A DNA stretch of 64,000 nucleotides from Somniosus microcephalus (lineage: Eukaryota): NCBI GenBank assembly GCA_052327205.1, contig CM126214.1, forward strand, positions 155,496,001 to 155,560,000, given 5' to 3'. Positions within the stretch are counted from its first letter, which is position 1, and each line of letters opens with the position of its first letter. The notes under the pieces were generated by a model that was given only the letters and a program-made list of their open reading frames with translations, ran no database searches and had not been told where the DNA came from. The position numbers and the translations under genes were made by a program. Shown in pieces: positions 12,275-24,106 of this stretch.

Positions 12275-12734
12275 GTGTCAGCTGTGGCTCAGTTGGTAGC
12301 ACACTCGCCTCTGCGTCAGAATGTTGTGGGTTCAAGTCCCACTCCAGGGACTTGAGCACATAAAGCTAGACTGACAGTCCAGTGCAGTGTTGAGGGAGTG
12401 CTGCACTGTCGGAAGTGCCGTCTTTCGGATGAGACGTTAAACCGAGGCCCCGTCTGCTCTCTCAGGTGGACGTAAAGGATCCCATGGCACTATTTTGAAG
12501 AAGAGCAGGGGAGTTATCCCTGGTGTCCTGGCCAATAGTTATCCCTCAACCAACATAACAAAACAGATTATCTGGTCATTATCACACTGCAGTTTGTGGG
12601 ACCTTGCTGTGCACAAACTGGCTGCCATGTTTCCTACATTACAACAGTGACTCCACTTCAAAAGTATTTCATTGGTTGTAAAGCGCTTTGAGACGTCCGG
12701 TGGTCGTGAAAGGCACTATATAAATGCAAGTCTT
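12275..12734 (+). mobile_element. Deu-domain tRNA SINE (SacSINE1/AmnSINE-like), full length
   Basis: A box TGGCTCAGTTGG, B box GGTTCAAGTCC, Deu core GGATGAGACGTTAAACCGAGGCCCCGTCTGC, L2-type tail TGTAAAGCGCTTTGAG...AAGGCACTATATAAATGCAAG. Confidence 0.88.
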
Positions 12735-13320
12735 AGAATTTACAGCACAGAAACAGGCCATTTGGCCCAACAGGTTTATGCTCCACACAGACGTCATCTC
12801 ACCTATCAGCATATCCTTCTATTCCTTTCTCCCTTAAATGCATCTATGCTATTCGCCTCAACCACCCCATGTGGTAGTGAGTTCCACATTCTCACCACTC
12901 TCTGAGTAAAAAGGTTTCTTCTAAATTCCTTATTGCATTTATTAATGACTATCTTACAATAATGACCCTTAGTTATGGACTCCCCCCAGGTCACCTCTCA
13001 GTCTTTTCTAGAGAAAAGAGCCTCAGCCTGTTCAGTATTTCCTGATAGTTGTACCTTTCAGTCCTGGTATCATCCTTGTAAATCTTTTTTGGCAATTTTC
13101 CAGTGCTTTCATATTCTTTTTGCAATATGGAAACCTGAACTGTGCACAGTACTCCAAGGAATAGGTAGCCTCCTTACTCATCCTACCAAAATGCTCTACT
13201 TCACACTTATCTATATAGAAATTAATTCACCATTTACACACCCATTCTGCAAGTTCGTTAATGTTTTCTTGTATTTTGTCAGCGTCTTCCTCAGTATTAA
13301 CTATACCCCCCATTGTGCCT
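12735..13320 (-). mobile_element. Degraded CR1 LINE 3' region
   Basis: Translation FRRNLFTQRVVRMWNSLPHGVVEANSIDAFK. Confidence 0.8.
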
Positions 13321-13469
13321 TTGTGATGGATATTTGCCAATAAAGGACAAAATCAATGCATAACACATCAAAAACTTGGTCCTGAGCCCCACTCTCAACA
13401 TCATTAATATACATTTCAAGATGGCAGATATTAGTATTTGTGGCTGGTAATTTTCTGAGTTGAGCTTAA

Positions 13470-14357
13470 TGATAGTGATAGACTTCAAGAGGAAATGGAC
13501 AGCTGGTGAAATGGGCGGACACGTGGCAGACCAAATTTAACGCAGAAAAGTGCGAAGTGATATATTTTGGTAGGGAGAATGAGGAGAGGCAATATAAACT
13601 TAAAGGGTACAATCCTAAAGGGGGTACATGAACAGAGAGACCTGGGGGTATATGTGCACAAACCGTTGAAGGTGGCAGGGCAGGTTGAGACAACAGTTAA
13701 AAAAGCATACGGGATACTGGGCTTCATAAATAAAGGCATAGAGTACAAAAGCAAGGAAGTTATGATGAACCTTTATAAAACACTGATTCGACCTCAACTG
13801 GAGTATTGTGTCCAATTCTGGGCACCACACTTTAGGAAGGATGTGAAGGCCTTAGAGAGGGTGCAGAAAAGATTTACGAGAATGATTCCAGGGATGAGGG
13901 AATTCAGTTACGTGAATAGACTAGAGAGGCTGGGGTTGTTCTCCTAAGAGCAGAGAAGATTGAGAGGAGATTTGATAGAGGTATTCAAAATCATGAGGGG
14001 TCTAGACAGAGTAGATAGAGAGAAACTGTTCCCATTGGCAGAAGGGTCAAGAACCAGAGGACATGGATTCAAGGTGATTGGCAAAATAACCAAAGGCGAC
14101 ATGAGGAAAAACCTTTTTACGCAGCGAGTGGTTCGGATCTGGAATGCACTGCCTGAAAGGGTGGTGGAGGCAGACTCAATCATGGCTTCCAAAAGGGAAT
14201 TGGATAAGTACCTGAAGGAAAAAACTTTGCAGGGCTACGGGGAAAAGGTGTGGGAGTGGGAGTAGCTGAAGTGCTATTGCAGAGAGCTGACACGGGCTCG
14301 ATGGGCTGAATGGCCTCCTTCGGTACTGTAACCATTCTATGATTTTATGATTCTATA
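13470..14357 (+). mobile_element. CR1 (HER1-like) LINE, 5'-truncated, with 3' UTR and (ATTCTATG)-type tail
   Basis: LYKTLIRPQLEYCVQFWAPH, RGDLIEVFKIMRG, FTQRVVRIWNALP; 3' stem GATGGGCTGAATGGCCT. Confidence 0.92.
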
Positions 14358-14788
14358 ATCTTCATACATGGAAACACCTGCAGCATCTGCTGGCCTTTAC
14401 ACCTGAATTCCTGGCACATGCTTTTGGAAAGTGGAGGGGGTGAGGTGGTGGGTGAAGTTTCATGTGAGGAGCATGAATTTGTAGAATTCACTATCACATT
14501 TCTAAGATAGAATAGTAATTTCCAAAAAGGTGGTGCGTTTGATTGAGTCTTTGTGCAAGTCTTGTAGTGGTACTTTAAAACACATGCTTTTTGACAGAAT
14601 TAATGTATTTTAAGTTGCTTATTTGCTAAATAATATACAGTAGTTACTATTCTGGTAAATATGTCTCTTCCAGATCAGGGGCTTCAACAGCTCCCTGTCT
14701 ATATTACAAAGGCAAAAAATCTCAGCTAGCTCCTAAGGGTCTAAATACTACTGCTGACTGAGAAAAACCATTAACAAGATAATACAAT

Positions 14789-15549
14789 GGCCCAGAAATT
14801 CGGGTCCCAACGCGTGAGTACGGACGGAGTACTCACGCGTGGACCTGATGGAAGTGCCAGAATCTTGCATGCACTACGCATGCGCGGGAAACTGGCATTT
14901 CCGATCCTCTGAACCAAGGGGTTCAGAGGTCGAACGCGTGCGCGCAGGAGTCTGCGCGTGCGCGTTGAACTTCCTTTTTTTTCCAGGTTTGCCCGTGCGT
15001 GAAGGCCTCCACTTTTTACACTTGAAAAAAAGCAGACGTAAGGACTTAATTTTAAAAGGTAAGTGGTCTAATAATTAAAATTAGAATTTTTTTCCACAGG
15101 TTTATTATTTTTAAAGACTTTACAGTAAGGTAAGTGTATTTTTAGCCCCGATTTTTTATAAAATTATTTTTTTCAAAAATTTAATTTATTGTTTAAAACA
15201 GTTATTTAAAGTTATTTATAGTACATTTAAATACTGTGATCTTTTTTAAAATTTTATTTCAAGTTTAAGTACTGTTTTGGGCGCCCGGAGTTTTCATGAG
15301 TTTGACAGTTCTGTCAAACTCATGAATGAACTTTTGCATCCTCCGATTGGTTGCCCAGTGCTCATGTGATCCCAGCTGACGCATCGCACTAAGTACGCCG
15401 CTGGGTCATGCAAGCACAGCGCGCCGGGAGCTGAACCGGGCCACAGACAGGAAATCCACGCAGGCCCAGGCTTCAACTGTTGGCGCGCTAGGTAAGTGTA
15501 GGTCGGGGGCTTGCACCCGCGGGAAGCCCCCGACACGAATTTCTGGGCC
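14789..15549. mobile_element. Harbinger-type MITE with AT-rich core
   Basis: Perfect 14-bp TIR GGCCCAGAAATTCG / CGAATTTCTGGGCC; AAT TSD. Confidence 0.88.
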
Positions 15550-16005
15550 AATGTGTTTTTGTATTTTGTGCCAGTTTCTATAGGCAATATGGCAGTGAAT
15601 AAGATTTTTCAATGATAACTGGATTACTGTATGTACATCAGACGGATACCAGCAATAAGAGTATCACAGATCAGGATCTGTTGACCACTTCTCCACAGAA
15701 ATGATTTGATAAAACGAGTTACTTTAAATATTGGCCCGTATTTTCCGATCCCAACAGATGTGTATGAGGTGTGTACACACCTGTAGGGACATTGGAAATG
15801 CCGGTTTCAGGCATGCGAGGCGCATGCACTGAAAACCGGCATTTCCGACCTGTCAAGAATCCTCTTGACAGATCCTCCGGCTGCACTGGAGTAGGGCCTC
15901 TGCAGGTGGAGAGTTCCGCTTTCTGCAGAACCTCCGCCCGCTGAAATCCTTTAAAAATCTTAAGCCTGGTAAAAGCAGGTGCAAGGCCTGCTTTTACCAG
16001 CATAA

Positions 16006-17005
16006 GGGGGAAAAATTTGGTATCGCCCCATTTGGGGCGCAATTATTGGCGGTGCGCAAAGTTTAGCGCCTGGCGCTAATTATCGCCTCCGACAGCAAAC
16101 TTGGCTTTTATCGCCCCGGAGGTGATTGGAGCACTATATCAGGCGCTACACACTTCTCTTAAGGTGCTAAGGCCGAGGAGCGAGGTGCTACCTCAGAGCG
16201 CTGGCGAAGCTCATGTGATTTCAATCAGCAATGGAACACAGACACACTGGCACCGTCCAATTCTTAAAGGGGAGTTCTGAAGAATGGTCATCGACCTGAA
16301 ACGTTAAATCTGTTTCTCTCTTCACAGATGCTGCTTGATCTGCTGAGTTTCTCCTGCATTTTCTGTTTTTATCTTAAAGGGGAGGGTTGATCTTGCTCTC
16401 CCTCCACATCCTGCTCATTGCAGCCTTGAATCTCAGACTGAATCTCAGTCTGGAGAGACCTGTACATCAAATCTGCTGGAAAGAACAATGGAGAGAACCA
16501 GGGGAAGAGCTCAGAGTGCAGCCCCCATAGTCTCTTCTAAATCGATACAAGGAAGGGCAAATCAAAACCAACCTGCAAAGTGCTGCTCAGTACCCACAGC
16601 TCCTTCACACAGCGTTGAATCTCTCCAGAAGTCTCCCTCTCTCTCTCAGAATGCGTGGTGCAAAAATGTCACCGACAAAAAAAGGCAGGAAGTGGTCGCC
16701 TTTAAATAGCGCTCCCCTAGTCCCTTTCTGACAGCATAACGCTCCCCTCAACCTGTCGTTGCTAGCGGCAGGCGGTAAGGCAGGGGGCGCCACTCAATTT
16801 CTGGTCCAGGGCGCTAATGGGGCATTGCGCACTCGACTGACGTCACAATCTGCCGGCGCAGGAGATCGTGGCGGTATTGTTTAGCGCCGCCGCAAAATGT
16901 CCGGTCAATTTCGCGAGAGGCGCAGATATCGCCGCGCCCGGGCGCTAGTTGCTTTGCGCCCCACTTAGCGCCCTCTTAAGGCGCTACCAACTGAATTTTT
17001 CCCCC
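16006..17005. mobile_element. Harbinger MITE (816-1495 family) retaining both start codons
   Basis: TIRs GGGGGAAAAATTTGGT / AACTGAATTTTTCCCCC; TAA TSD; ATGGAGAGAACCAGGGGAAGAGCTCAG joined to AGTGCAGCCCCCAT. Confidence 0.92.
16275..16371 (+). mobile_element. 97-bp Penelope-like pLTR fragment with hammerhead motif
   Basis: Flanked by a 13-bp direct repeat TCTTAAAGGGGAG; homologous to 23480-23576 and 52385-52477. Confidence 0.8.
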
Positions 17006-17498
17006 TAAGAGTTTAAAAAAAGTAAAAAAAATGTTTTTTACTCATTTATAATTTTAAAATACTTTTAAAAAAGGTAAGTTTATTTTTAGCCCTGTAAAAA
17101 ACTTTAATTTTTCCCCCCAAAATTACATTTTGTTTAAAATATTTAATTTAATGTAATCTTAACTAATTTTAAAAACATGATTAAAGATAAAAAATTATTT
17201 AATATTTTGATGTTTTTGAAGTGATCTCCTTTCATACTTTTGAGGGGTTTAAGCTGAGAGACCTGTCAAAAGTATGAAGGGAGATTCCCTTCTCCTATTG
17301 GCTCCCCATGGCCCATGTGGTCCCAGGGACGCTTGCAAACTGCATGCACCCCTGGGATACGTGGGCCCTGCGCATTTCGTTGTGGAGAGACCCAGGATCG
17401 GAAATGGCTGGATCTTTGGAGCCCTCGGGTAAGGGCATAGATTTCTTCCAGATCGGAGGCCTCCGCATGCAGGAAGGACGGAATCGTAGGACGCGTGC

Positions 17499-17798
17499 AA
17501 CATAAAGAATCAACACCTCATCACTGACCCAACAGCAGAGGTTCCTGGCTTCGACCTCCCTCAAAGAATCCGCACAGGGCATGCACGATGTGGTCACCTG
17601 CTCCACAAGTGGAAGATGATGGACAACCCTAAGTGTGACTGTGGCCATGAGTCCCAGACCATGGAACACATCACATCAACCTGCCCACTAAGATCTGCTA
17701 AAGGAGGCACCTCATTCTCCACTCGGCATCTCAGGAGGCCATTGAAGCCAAACTAGACGTTTCATTATAAGCTTTTCCCGTCATACGAAACAACAACA
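17499..17798 (+). mobile_element. Vingi/Ingi-like (I group) LINE 3' fragment
   Basis: Translation HLITDPTAEVPGFDLP..RIRTGHARCGHLLHKWKMMDNPKCDCGHESQTMEHITSTCP (C-terminal CCHC finger); tail CATACGAAACAACAACAA. Confidence 0.75.
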
Positions 17799-18202
17799 AG
17801 GGCAGTGTGAGTCAACTCCCATAAAAGTAAGCAACTCAGACTGCTTAGGGAATATAGAAACATAGAAGATAGGAGCAGGAGTAGGCCATTCGGCCCTTCG
17901 AGCCTTCTCCGCCAACTGAAGCCAAGGAAATAGCTACAACAGACCTGAATTTGTAACAGAGAGGTTACAGTGATGAAGGTCCAAAACTTTCATTTTTATC
18001 ACTGGCATGGAGAATGTTAAGGGGATCTAATAGAGGCTTTAAAAATTATGCAAAGTTTTTGAGAGTAAATAGTGGAAAATGATTTCTACTAGTTGCTGAA
18101 TCAGTAACACGTGGACTTAGACTAAGGATTATCACGAGAAGAATGAAGGGAGGAGTTAGAAGTCATTTATTCACACTGAGGGTTATTGGAATAGGGAATG
18201 TT

Positions 18203-19836
18203 GGCCTAGAAATTGGGTATAGCCCGGCTTGAGGCATTAGAACTGGCGCTATGCAAAGTTTATAGCCAGACAAAACTTATCGCCGCCTGGCGCGATATTG
18301 GGTTGCATCGCCCCTAAAGGTGATTGAGGCGTGAATTCAGGCGTTACACGGGACTCCTAAGGCACTAAACTTCCGGCGCAACCCAATATCGGAGCGGACG
18401 GGCTCAGCGCAGGTGCTCTCAATTACCGATGACCACGAGACTTCCAGGCGCCGGCTAGCTCTTAAAGGGGTGGGTCAGTCAGCTTCAGCATCCACACTCT
18501 GCGCCTTGCAGGCCTCAGAATTGGCGCAGACCCTTCTCTGGCGATAAAAACTTGGACCAGATGGAGAAGGTGAGACAGAGAGCAGAGCGCTTCATCAATG
18601 AGGCTCTGGAGCAATTGGTGGCCGCAGTGGAGCGCCGGCGAGATGTTCTCTACCCAGACAATGGCAGGAGGCCGAATCATAAGGACTACCGACGAGCTTG
18701 GAGGGATGTATGCCAGAGGGTCAACTCCAGCAGCATGGTGACCAGGAGCCCTGTCCAATGCAGAAAGAAATTCAACAACCTCACTCGGGTCGTGAGGGTG
18801 GGTGTTGTTCCTGCAAACTTCTGCATCCCTTCATTTGCACCTGACTTTATGGCTACAGGGTGGCCTGTGCCCCATTGGCCATCTGCCAGCAAGCACCCAT
18901 GGCCCTTTCTGGGCACACACATGCACATTGGTCTCAGGGCGTCATGTAAGGGCTCTTGCACCAAGGGGGCCATGAGATGATCACTCAGGGCATCAGGTAA
19001 CATAACTTCCCCTCCTTTCCCCTGCAGTCCATGCTGGCGAGGATTGGCAAAGACCAGCTTCGCACCGGTGGAGGACCTCCACAAGTGGTCACTCTCACGG
19101 ATCTTGAGGAGAGAGTCCACCAGATTCTTGGAGGACGTCTGAGTGGTCCTGTAACCACTGCAGCTACCGACCCCATTGTCGACAGCGATGGTAAGGTTCT
19201 CACCTCTTACAACTGTCTCCTTCTACTTGTTCCCCCCGCCAGCATGCTTTCTCACTGTGGACCCATGTCATAGCCTTGCCGCAATCTGGCATCCCTTGCT
19301 GCGAACCTGTCCTTTTGCTAAAGCCACTCTTCCACCTCCCTGCTTTCAGATGCTGCATCACCAGCTTGGGAGCCGGGCCCTCAAGCTGCCAGTACCAGTG
19401 CCAGTGCCTCCGAAGGCTCAATGAGAAAATTACTGTCCAACAGAAGGTCAGCAACCCTCTCCAGCAACGATTAGGATGGCCAGCCCAAATGGCTGCAGCT
19501 TTTATACTAGTGCTGTCCCCTTTAAATAGCGCCCCCCGAGTCCGAGAAGGGCCTGGGAATGCTCCATCCAACTGTCACTAATAGCGCCAGGCGGAAAGGT
19601 TGCGGGCGCCACCGAATATCTGGTCTGGGGCGCAAAAATGGCGTTGCACACTGAAATGACGTCATGATCTGCCTACGCCCGCGGGCGCGCGCAAAGAGTT
19701 AGCGCCGGCGCTAAAATCATACTCAATATGGGAGGTGGCGCTATATTCACAGTGCCCGCCCGAAAATTGGGTAACACCCCAATTCTCGGGCTCTTTAGGC
19801 ACTAATCGCTGGCGCTACCAACCGAATTTCTAGGCC
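18203..19836. mobile_element. Non-autonomous Harbinger element carrying the Myb gene only
   Basis: TIRs GGCCTAGAAATT / AATTTCTAGGCC; GTT TSD; no transposase sequence between Myb exon 3 and the right subterminal region. Confidence 0.92.
18561..19474 (+). CDS. Spliced Myb/SANT-like protein, ~174 aa (exons 18561-18797, 19028-19190, 19350-19474)
   Basis: RAERFINEALEQLVAAVERRRDVLY...AWRDVCQRVN...RSPVQCRKKFNNL | RTGGGPP...LTDLEERV; GT-AG introns at the same positions and phases as in the 3444-5674 gene; no stop before TAG at 19472-19474. Confidence 0.75.
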
Positions 19837-20420
19837 GTTTTACCATAAGTGGTCATTGAGGCAGAGACTAACATCATTTACAAGGCAATTGGATAAGTAT
19901 ATGAAAAGGAAGAATATAAAAGGAAAGGGCAGGGTAATGGGATTAAAGTAGATCGTTCCAGTTGAAGAGTTAGAACCATTATAGCCATGCTGGGCTGAAT
20001 GGTCTCCTCTGGGCTGCAATTTCTGTGTTCTATGGGATTTGTTCCTTTCCAGCTCACAGTGCCACTCTGAACTCTGCAGTAGTGGGTAAGAATCAGTCAT
20101 GGATAAATCACTCAACCATACAAAACAAAGATAAATAATTTCCCAATGTCAATTCTAAACAAAAAGCACCAATGTAATATATTTTATATATAGCAAAGAT
20201 TTTTTCAGCACATTCCCCCTTCTTACTGTCAGCTGGTGTGATAATAACTCCGTATAGTGCTACATCCATATGAAACCTAACACTATTCCTTGTGAAACCT
20301 GTTTCTTTCCTGTCACATGAAATGCGGCATCAAAGATGAATAGTCTTGCAGCACTAACATTGTAGAAACATAGTGCATCCTGGAACCAAAGTAATTCCTC
20401 CAGATTTTCAATACTTTATT

Positions 20421-20895
20421 GGGATGATTTTCTGTTCTTGACACTGAAGTGAGCTTTGCACCCAATGACATGGCGCAGGGCTGACCTCCGGAGATTTCCC
20501 AAAGCTGGTCTTATATTATATATAAGTCAGCAAGCTCCTGACTCAGATTGGGCCTGCTGGAGGAAGCTGTCAGCAGGGGTGGGAAATATCATGCAGCTGG
20601 AGTTCTTAAAAGCTGCAGCTGCTATTTCAAAAAGCTGCTTGATTTGTTGCTGGGCAGAAAACTCAAAATTGATAAAGTGCCACCGCCATCAGATGTGCTC
20701 TGAAGGTGCTTGTGCAAGAAGTGCAGCAAATGAAGAGTGCCCTCTTTGGGACCTTAGTGCACCCTACCCGCAGCAGAACCATACACTTTGTCTGGCAGGA
20801 GGTGGTAGAGAAAGTCAATGTTGTGTGAAATAGCCAAAGGATATGGCTGCAGATGAGAAAAAAAGATTAACAGTCTCAGGAAGTCTGCCAAGGTA
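20421..20895 (+). pseudogene. Highly degraded Harbinger left end with Myb/SANT exon 1 relic
   Basis: Frameshifted LKVLVQEVQQ..SALFG / VWQEVVEKVN / QMRKK..SLRKSAK followed by GTAAGG; terminus-like GGGATGATTTT at 20421. Confidence 0.55.
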
Positions 20896-21239
20896 AGGCT
20901 AGCCAGTATATCAAGTAGATGGGCAAATTATGCATGCTACAAAGAGTTTCCTCTCACCCTACTAAACTACGACTGAGGTTGCATGTTTAGTATTCAGAAA
21001 GGAGCTTTTTCCAAGCTTCACATATGTACCCATACTGCAGCACTTTATTATTGCTCTTCAAACTGGAACTGTTGTTGCATTACCACTTGGAAAGGTGAGC
21101 CTACAAAGTAATCTTGCAACACAGCATACCTGCATGATGTATATACCCATATATTCACACACAACCTGAGGTATAGGATAGACACTTGGATATCACTCTG
21201 CTCTTGAAAATTCCAACACCTCAACACTACTTTTCTGCT

Positions 21240-22770
21240 TGAAGCACAAGGCATCACATTTTCAGAACTAGCCACACCTCAAGCCAAGCTGTTCCAGTAC
21301 AGCTACAACACTGGCATCTATCTGACAATGTGGAAAACTGCCCAAGTATGTCCTGTCCACAAAAAGCAGGACAAATCCAACCCGGCCAATTACCGTCCCA
21401 TCAGTATACTCTTAATCATCTGCAAAGTGATGGAAGGTGTCATCGACAGTGCTATCAAGTGGCACTTACTCACCAACAACCTGCTCATGTATGCCCAGTT
21501 TGGGTTCCGCCAAGACTACTCGGCTCCCGACCTCATCACAGCCTTGGTCCAAACATGGACAAAGGAGCTGAATTCTAGAGGTGAGGTGAGAGTGACTGCC
21601 CTTGACACCAAGGCAGCATTTGACCGAGTGTGGCATCAAGGAGCCCTGGTAAAATTGAAGTCAATGAGAATCAGGGGTAAAACTCTCCATTGGCTGGAGT
21701 CATACCTAGCACAAAGGAAGATGGTTGTGGTGGTTGAAGGTCAATCATCACAGCCCAAGGACATCGCTGCAGGAGTTTCTCAGGGCAGTGTCCTAGGCCC
21801 AAACATCTTCAGCTGCTTCATCAATGACCTTCCCTCCAACATAAGGTCAGAAATGGGGATGTTCACTAATGACCGCACAGTGTTCAGCGCCATTCACAAC
21901 TCCTCAGATAATGAAGCAGTCCATGCCCTCAGGCAACAAGGCCTGGACGACGCTCAGGCTTGGGCTGATATGTGGCAGGTAACATTTGCATCACAGAAGT
22001 GTCAGGCAATGACTATCTCCAAAAGCGAGAGTCTAACCACCTCCCCTTGACATTCAACGGCATAGCTATCACCGAATCCCCCACCATCAACATCTTGGGG
22101 GTCACCATTGACCAGAAACTTAACTGGACCAGCCACATAAATACTGTGGCAACAAGAGCAGGTCAGAGGCTAGGTATTCTGCGATGAGTGTCTCACCTCC
22201 TGACTCCTCAAAGCCTTTCCACCATCTACAAGGCACAAGTAAGGAGTGTGATGGAATACTCTCCACTTGCCTGGATGAGTGCAGCTCCAACAACACTCAA
22301 GAAGCTCAACACCACCCAGGCCAAAGCAGCCCGCTTGATTGGTACCCCATCCACCACCTTAAACATTCACTCCCTCCACCACCGGTGTACCATGGCTGCA
22401 GTGTGTACCACCTACAAGATGCACTGCAGCAACTTGCCAAGGCTTCTTCGGCAGTACCTCTCAAACCCGCGACCTCTTCCACCTAAAAGGACAAGGGCAG
22501 CAGGCGCATGGGAACACCACCACCTCCAAGTTCCCATCCAAGTCACACACCATCCTGACTTAGAAGTATATCGCCGATCCTTCATCGTCGCTGGGTCAAA
22601 ATCCTGGAACTCCCTACCTAACAGCACCGTGGGAGTACCTTCACCACATGGACTGCAGCAGTTCAAAAAGGTGGCTCACCACCACCTTCTCGAGGGCATT
22701 TAGGCATGGGTAAAAAATGATGGCCTTGCCAGCGACGCCTACATCCCATAAACGAATTTAAAAAAAAACA
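21240..22770 (+). mobile_element. CR1/L2-group LINE (family X), 5'-truncated RT and 3' end
   Basis: WKTAQVCPVHKKQDKSNPANYRPIS, ALDTKAAFDRVWHQG, GVSQGSVLGP, IYKAQVRSVMEYSPLAW; poly-A tail. Confidence 0.9.
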
Positions 22771-23018
22771 GAGGGGTGCAAACCCAAATGGGAAGAAAAG
22801 CCCCTGATTGTAGACCTATCAGTCAGTTTTAATGGACCAAACTTGACATCCTAGGGCTTGAGAGCATAGTAGCGATTATAATAGCACTCGATGTTATTTA
22901 TGCGCAAATGCTACAGCAACGTCAGGCGCGGGCAGATGTGCAGTTAAACGTGGAAATCCAAAAGTTGCTGTCCGAGATGCACCGCTCTACTGTTAGCTTC
23001 CCGACAAAGGCATCTCAC

Positions 23019-23576
23019 AAACGCAGATTGGGTGACCGCTTTGCGGAACACCTCCGTTCAGTCCGTAAGGGTGACCCCGAGCTTCCGGTCGCCTGTCATT
23101 TTAATTCACCGCTCCATTCCCACTCGGACCTCACCGTCCTTGGCCTCTTGTATTGTTCCATGGAAGCTCAACGTAAACTCGAGGAACAGCACCTCATCTT
23201 CCGATTAGGCACTCTGCAGCCTTTCGGACTCAATATTGAGTTCAACAATTTCAGATGATAACCTCGGCCCCTATTACACATTTTTCCTTGTAATTTTCCC
23301 ACTCCTTCCCACCCCCCCCTTTCCTTTTGTTTCTCTCTCACACCTGGCTGCTATCTCTTGCCCTGCCAGTACACTTTACACCTAATCTCAGCCTATTACC
23401 ATCTCGTCTAGCTCTTTTGTTTCTTTCACTTCTTTTGTCCGATCGCAGCCCTGCCTTCGATCTGTTTTCTTTTCTTTCCAGTTTTGAAGAAGGGTTCGAC
23501 CCGAAACGTCAACTCAAATTTCTCTCCACGGATGTTGCCTGACCTGCTGAGTTTTTCCAGCATTTTCTGTTGTTAT
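23019..23576 (+). mobile_element. Penelope-like element 3' fragment (GIY-YIG C-terminus plus pLTR with hammerhead motif)
   Basis: KRRLGDRFAEHLRSVRK...PVACHFNS...RKLEEQHLIFRLGTLQPFGLN; 13-bp direct repeat AAAGGCATCTCAC at 23006-23018 and 23577-23589. Confidence 0.9.
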
Positions 23577-24106
23577 AAAGGCATCTCACTGTCTGGCTCA
23601 CCATTAAAATGCATTGAGTGGCGTGAAGTTCTTGTACTTGCGCAGCAGATATGAACTAAACTCACCACAGAAAGTTAAGTCAAGTAATTTCAACTCTAAG
23701 TACCCTCTTAATGATGTGATAAGTGTTAATTATTGATAATCAACCTCTGGCACTGAAAATTAACTATTACAAGTGTGGAGTCTCATTCCTTCAGGTTTGT
23801 TGTTAGAGATTTAAAAAATTAAAAATTAAAAATATATATTTTTCCTTTCTGTTTCTTTTTTCTCTCTCTTTCCTTCTCTCTCCTTATTTCTCTTTTTGTA
23901 CCTGATTTGATATTGAATTCACCCACTCTAATTTGCACTCCCTTCTCAGTCCTTGCACTGTTAACCAATCAGATTGAAGGATTGTGAAGTTAAGGAGATA
24001 CACAGTTGCTTGCCCTGTTCACTCAGGTCCCAGATGCCCAGTTTCCCTCGCTGTGACATTATCAGCTCGCACTGTCAACAGCTTGGCATGCAAAAATGAT
24101 AAAACA

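Larger units (their letters stand above)
15733..17497. mobile_element. MITE related to 14789-15549, interrupted by MITE 16006-17005 and cut on the right by a Vingi fragment
   Basis: Left terminus GGCCCGTATTTT; shares AAAC(C/T)GGCATTTCCGA and AAGGTAAGT.TATTTTTAGCCC with 14789-15549. Confidence 0.6.
18000..20040 (+). mobile_element. Old CR1 3' fragment split by the Harbinger insertion at 18203-19836
   Basis: AGGGGATCTAATAGAGG...TTATTCACACTGAGGGTTATTGG before the insertion; continuation to ATGCTGGGCTGAATGGTCTCCT...TTCTATG after it. Confidence 0.7.
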
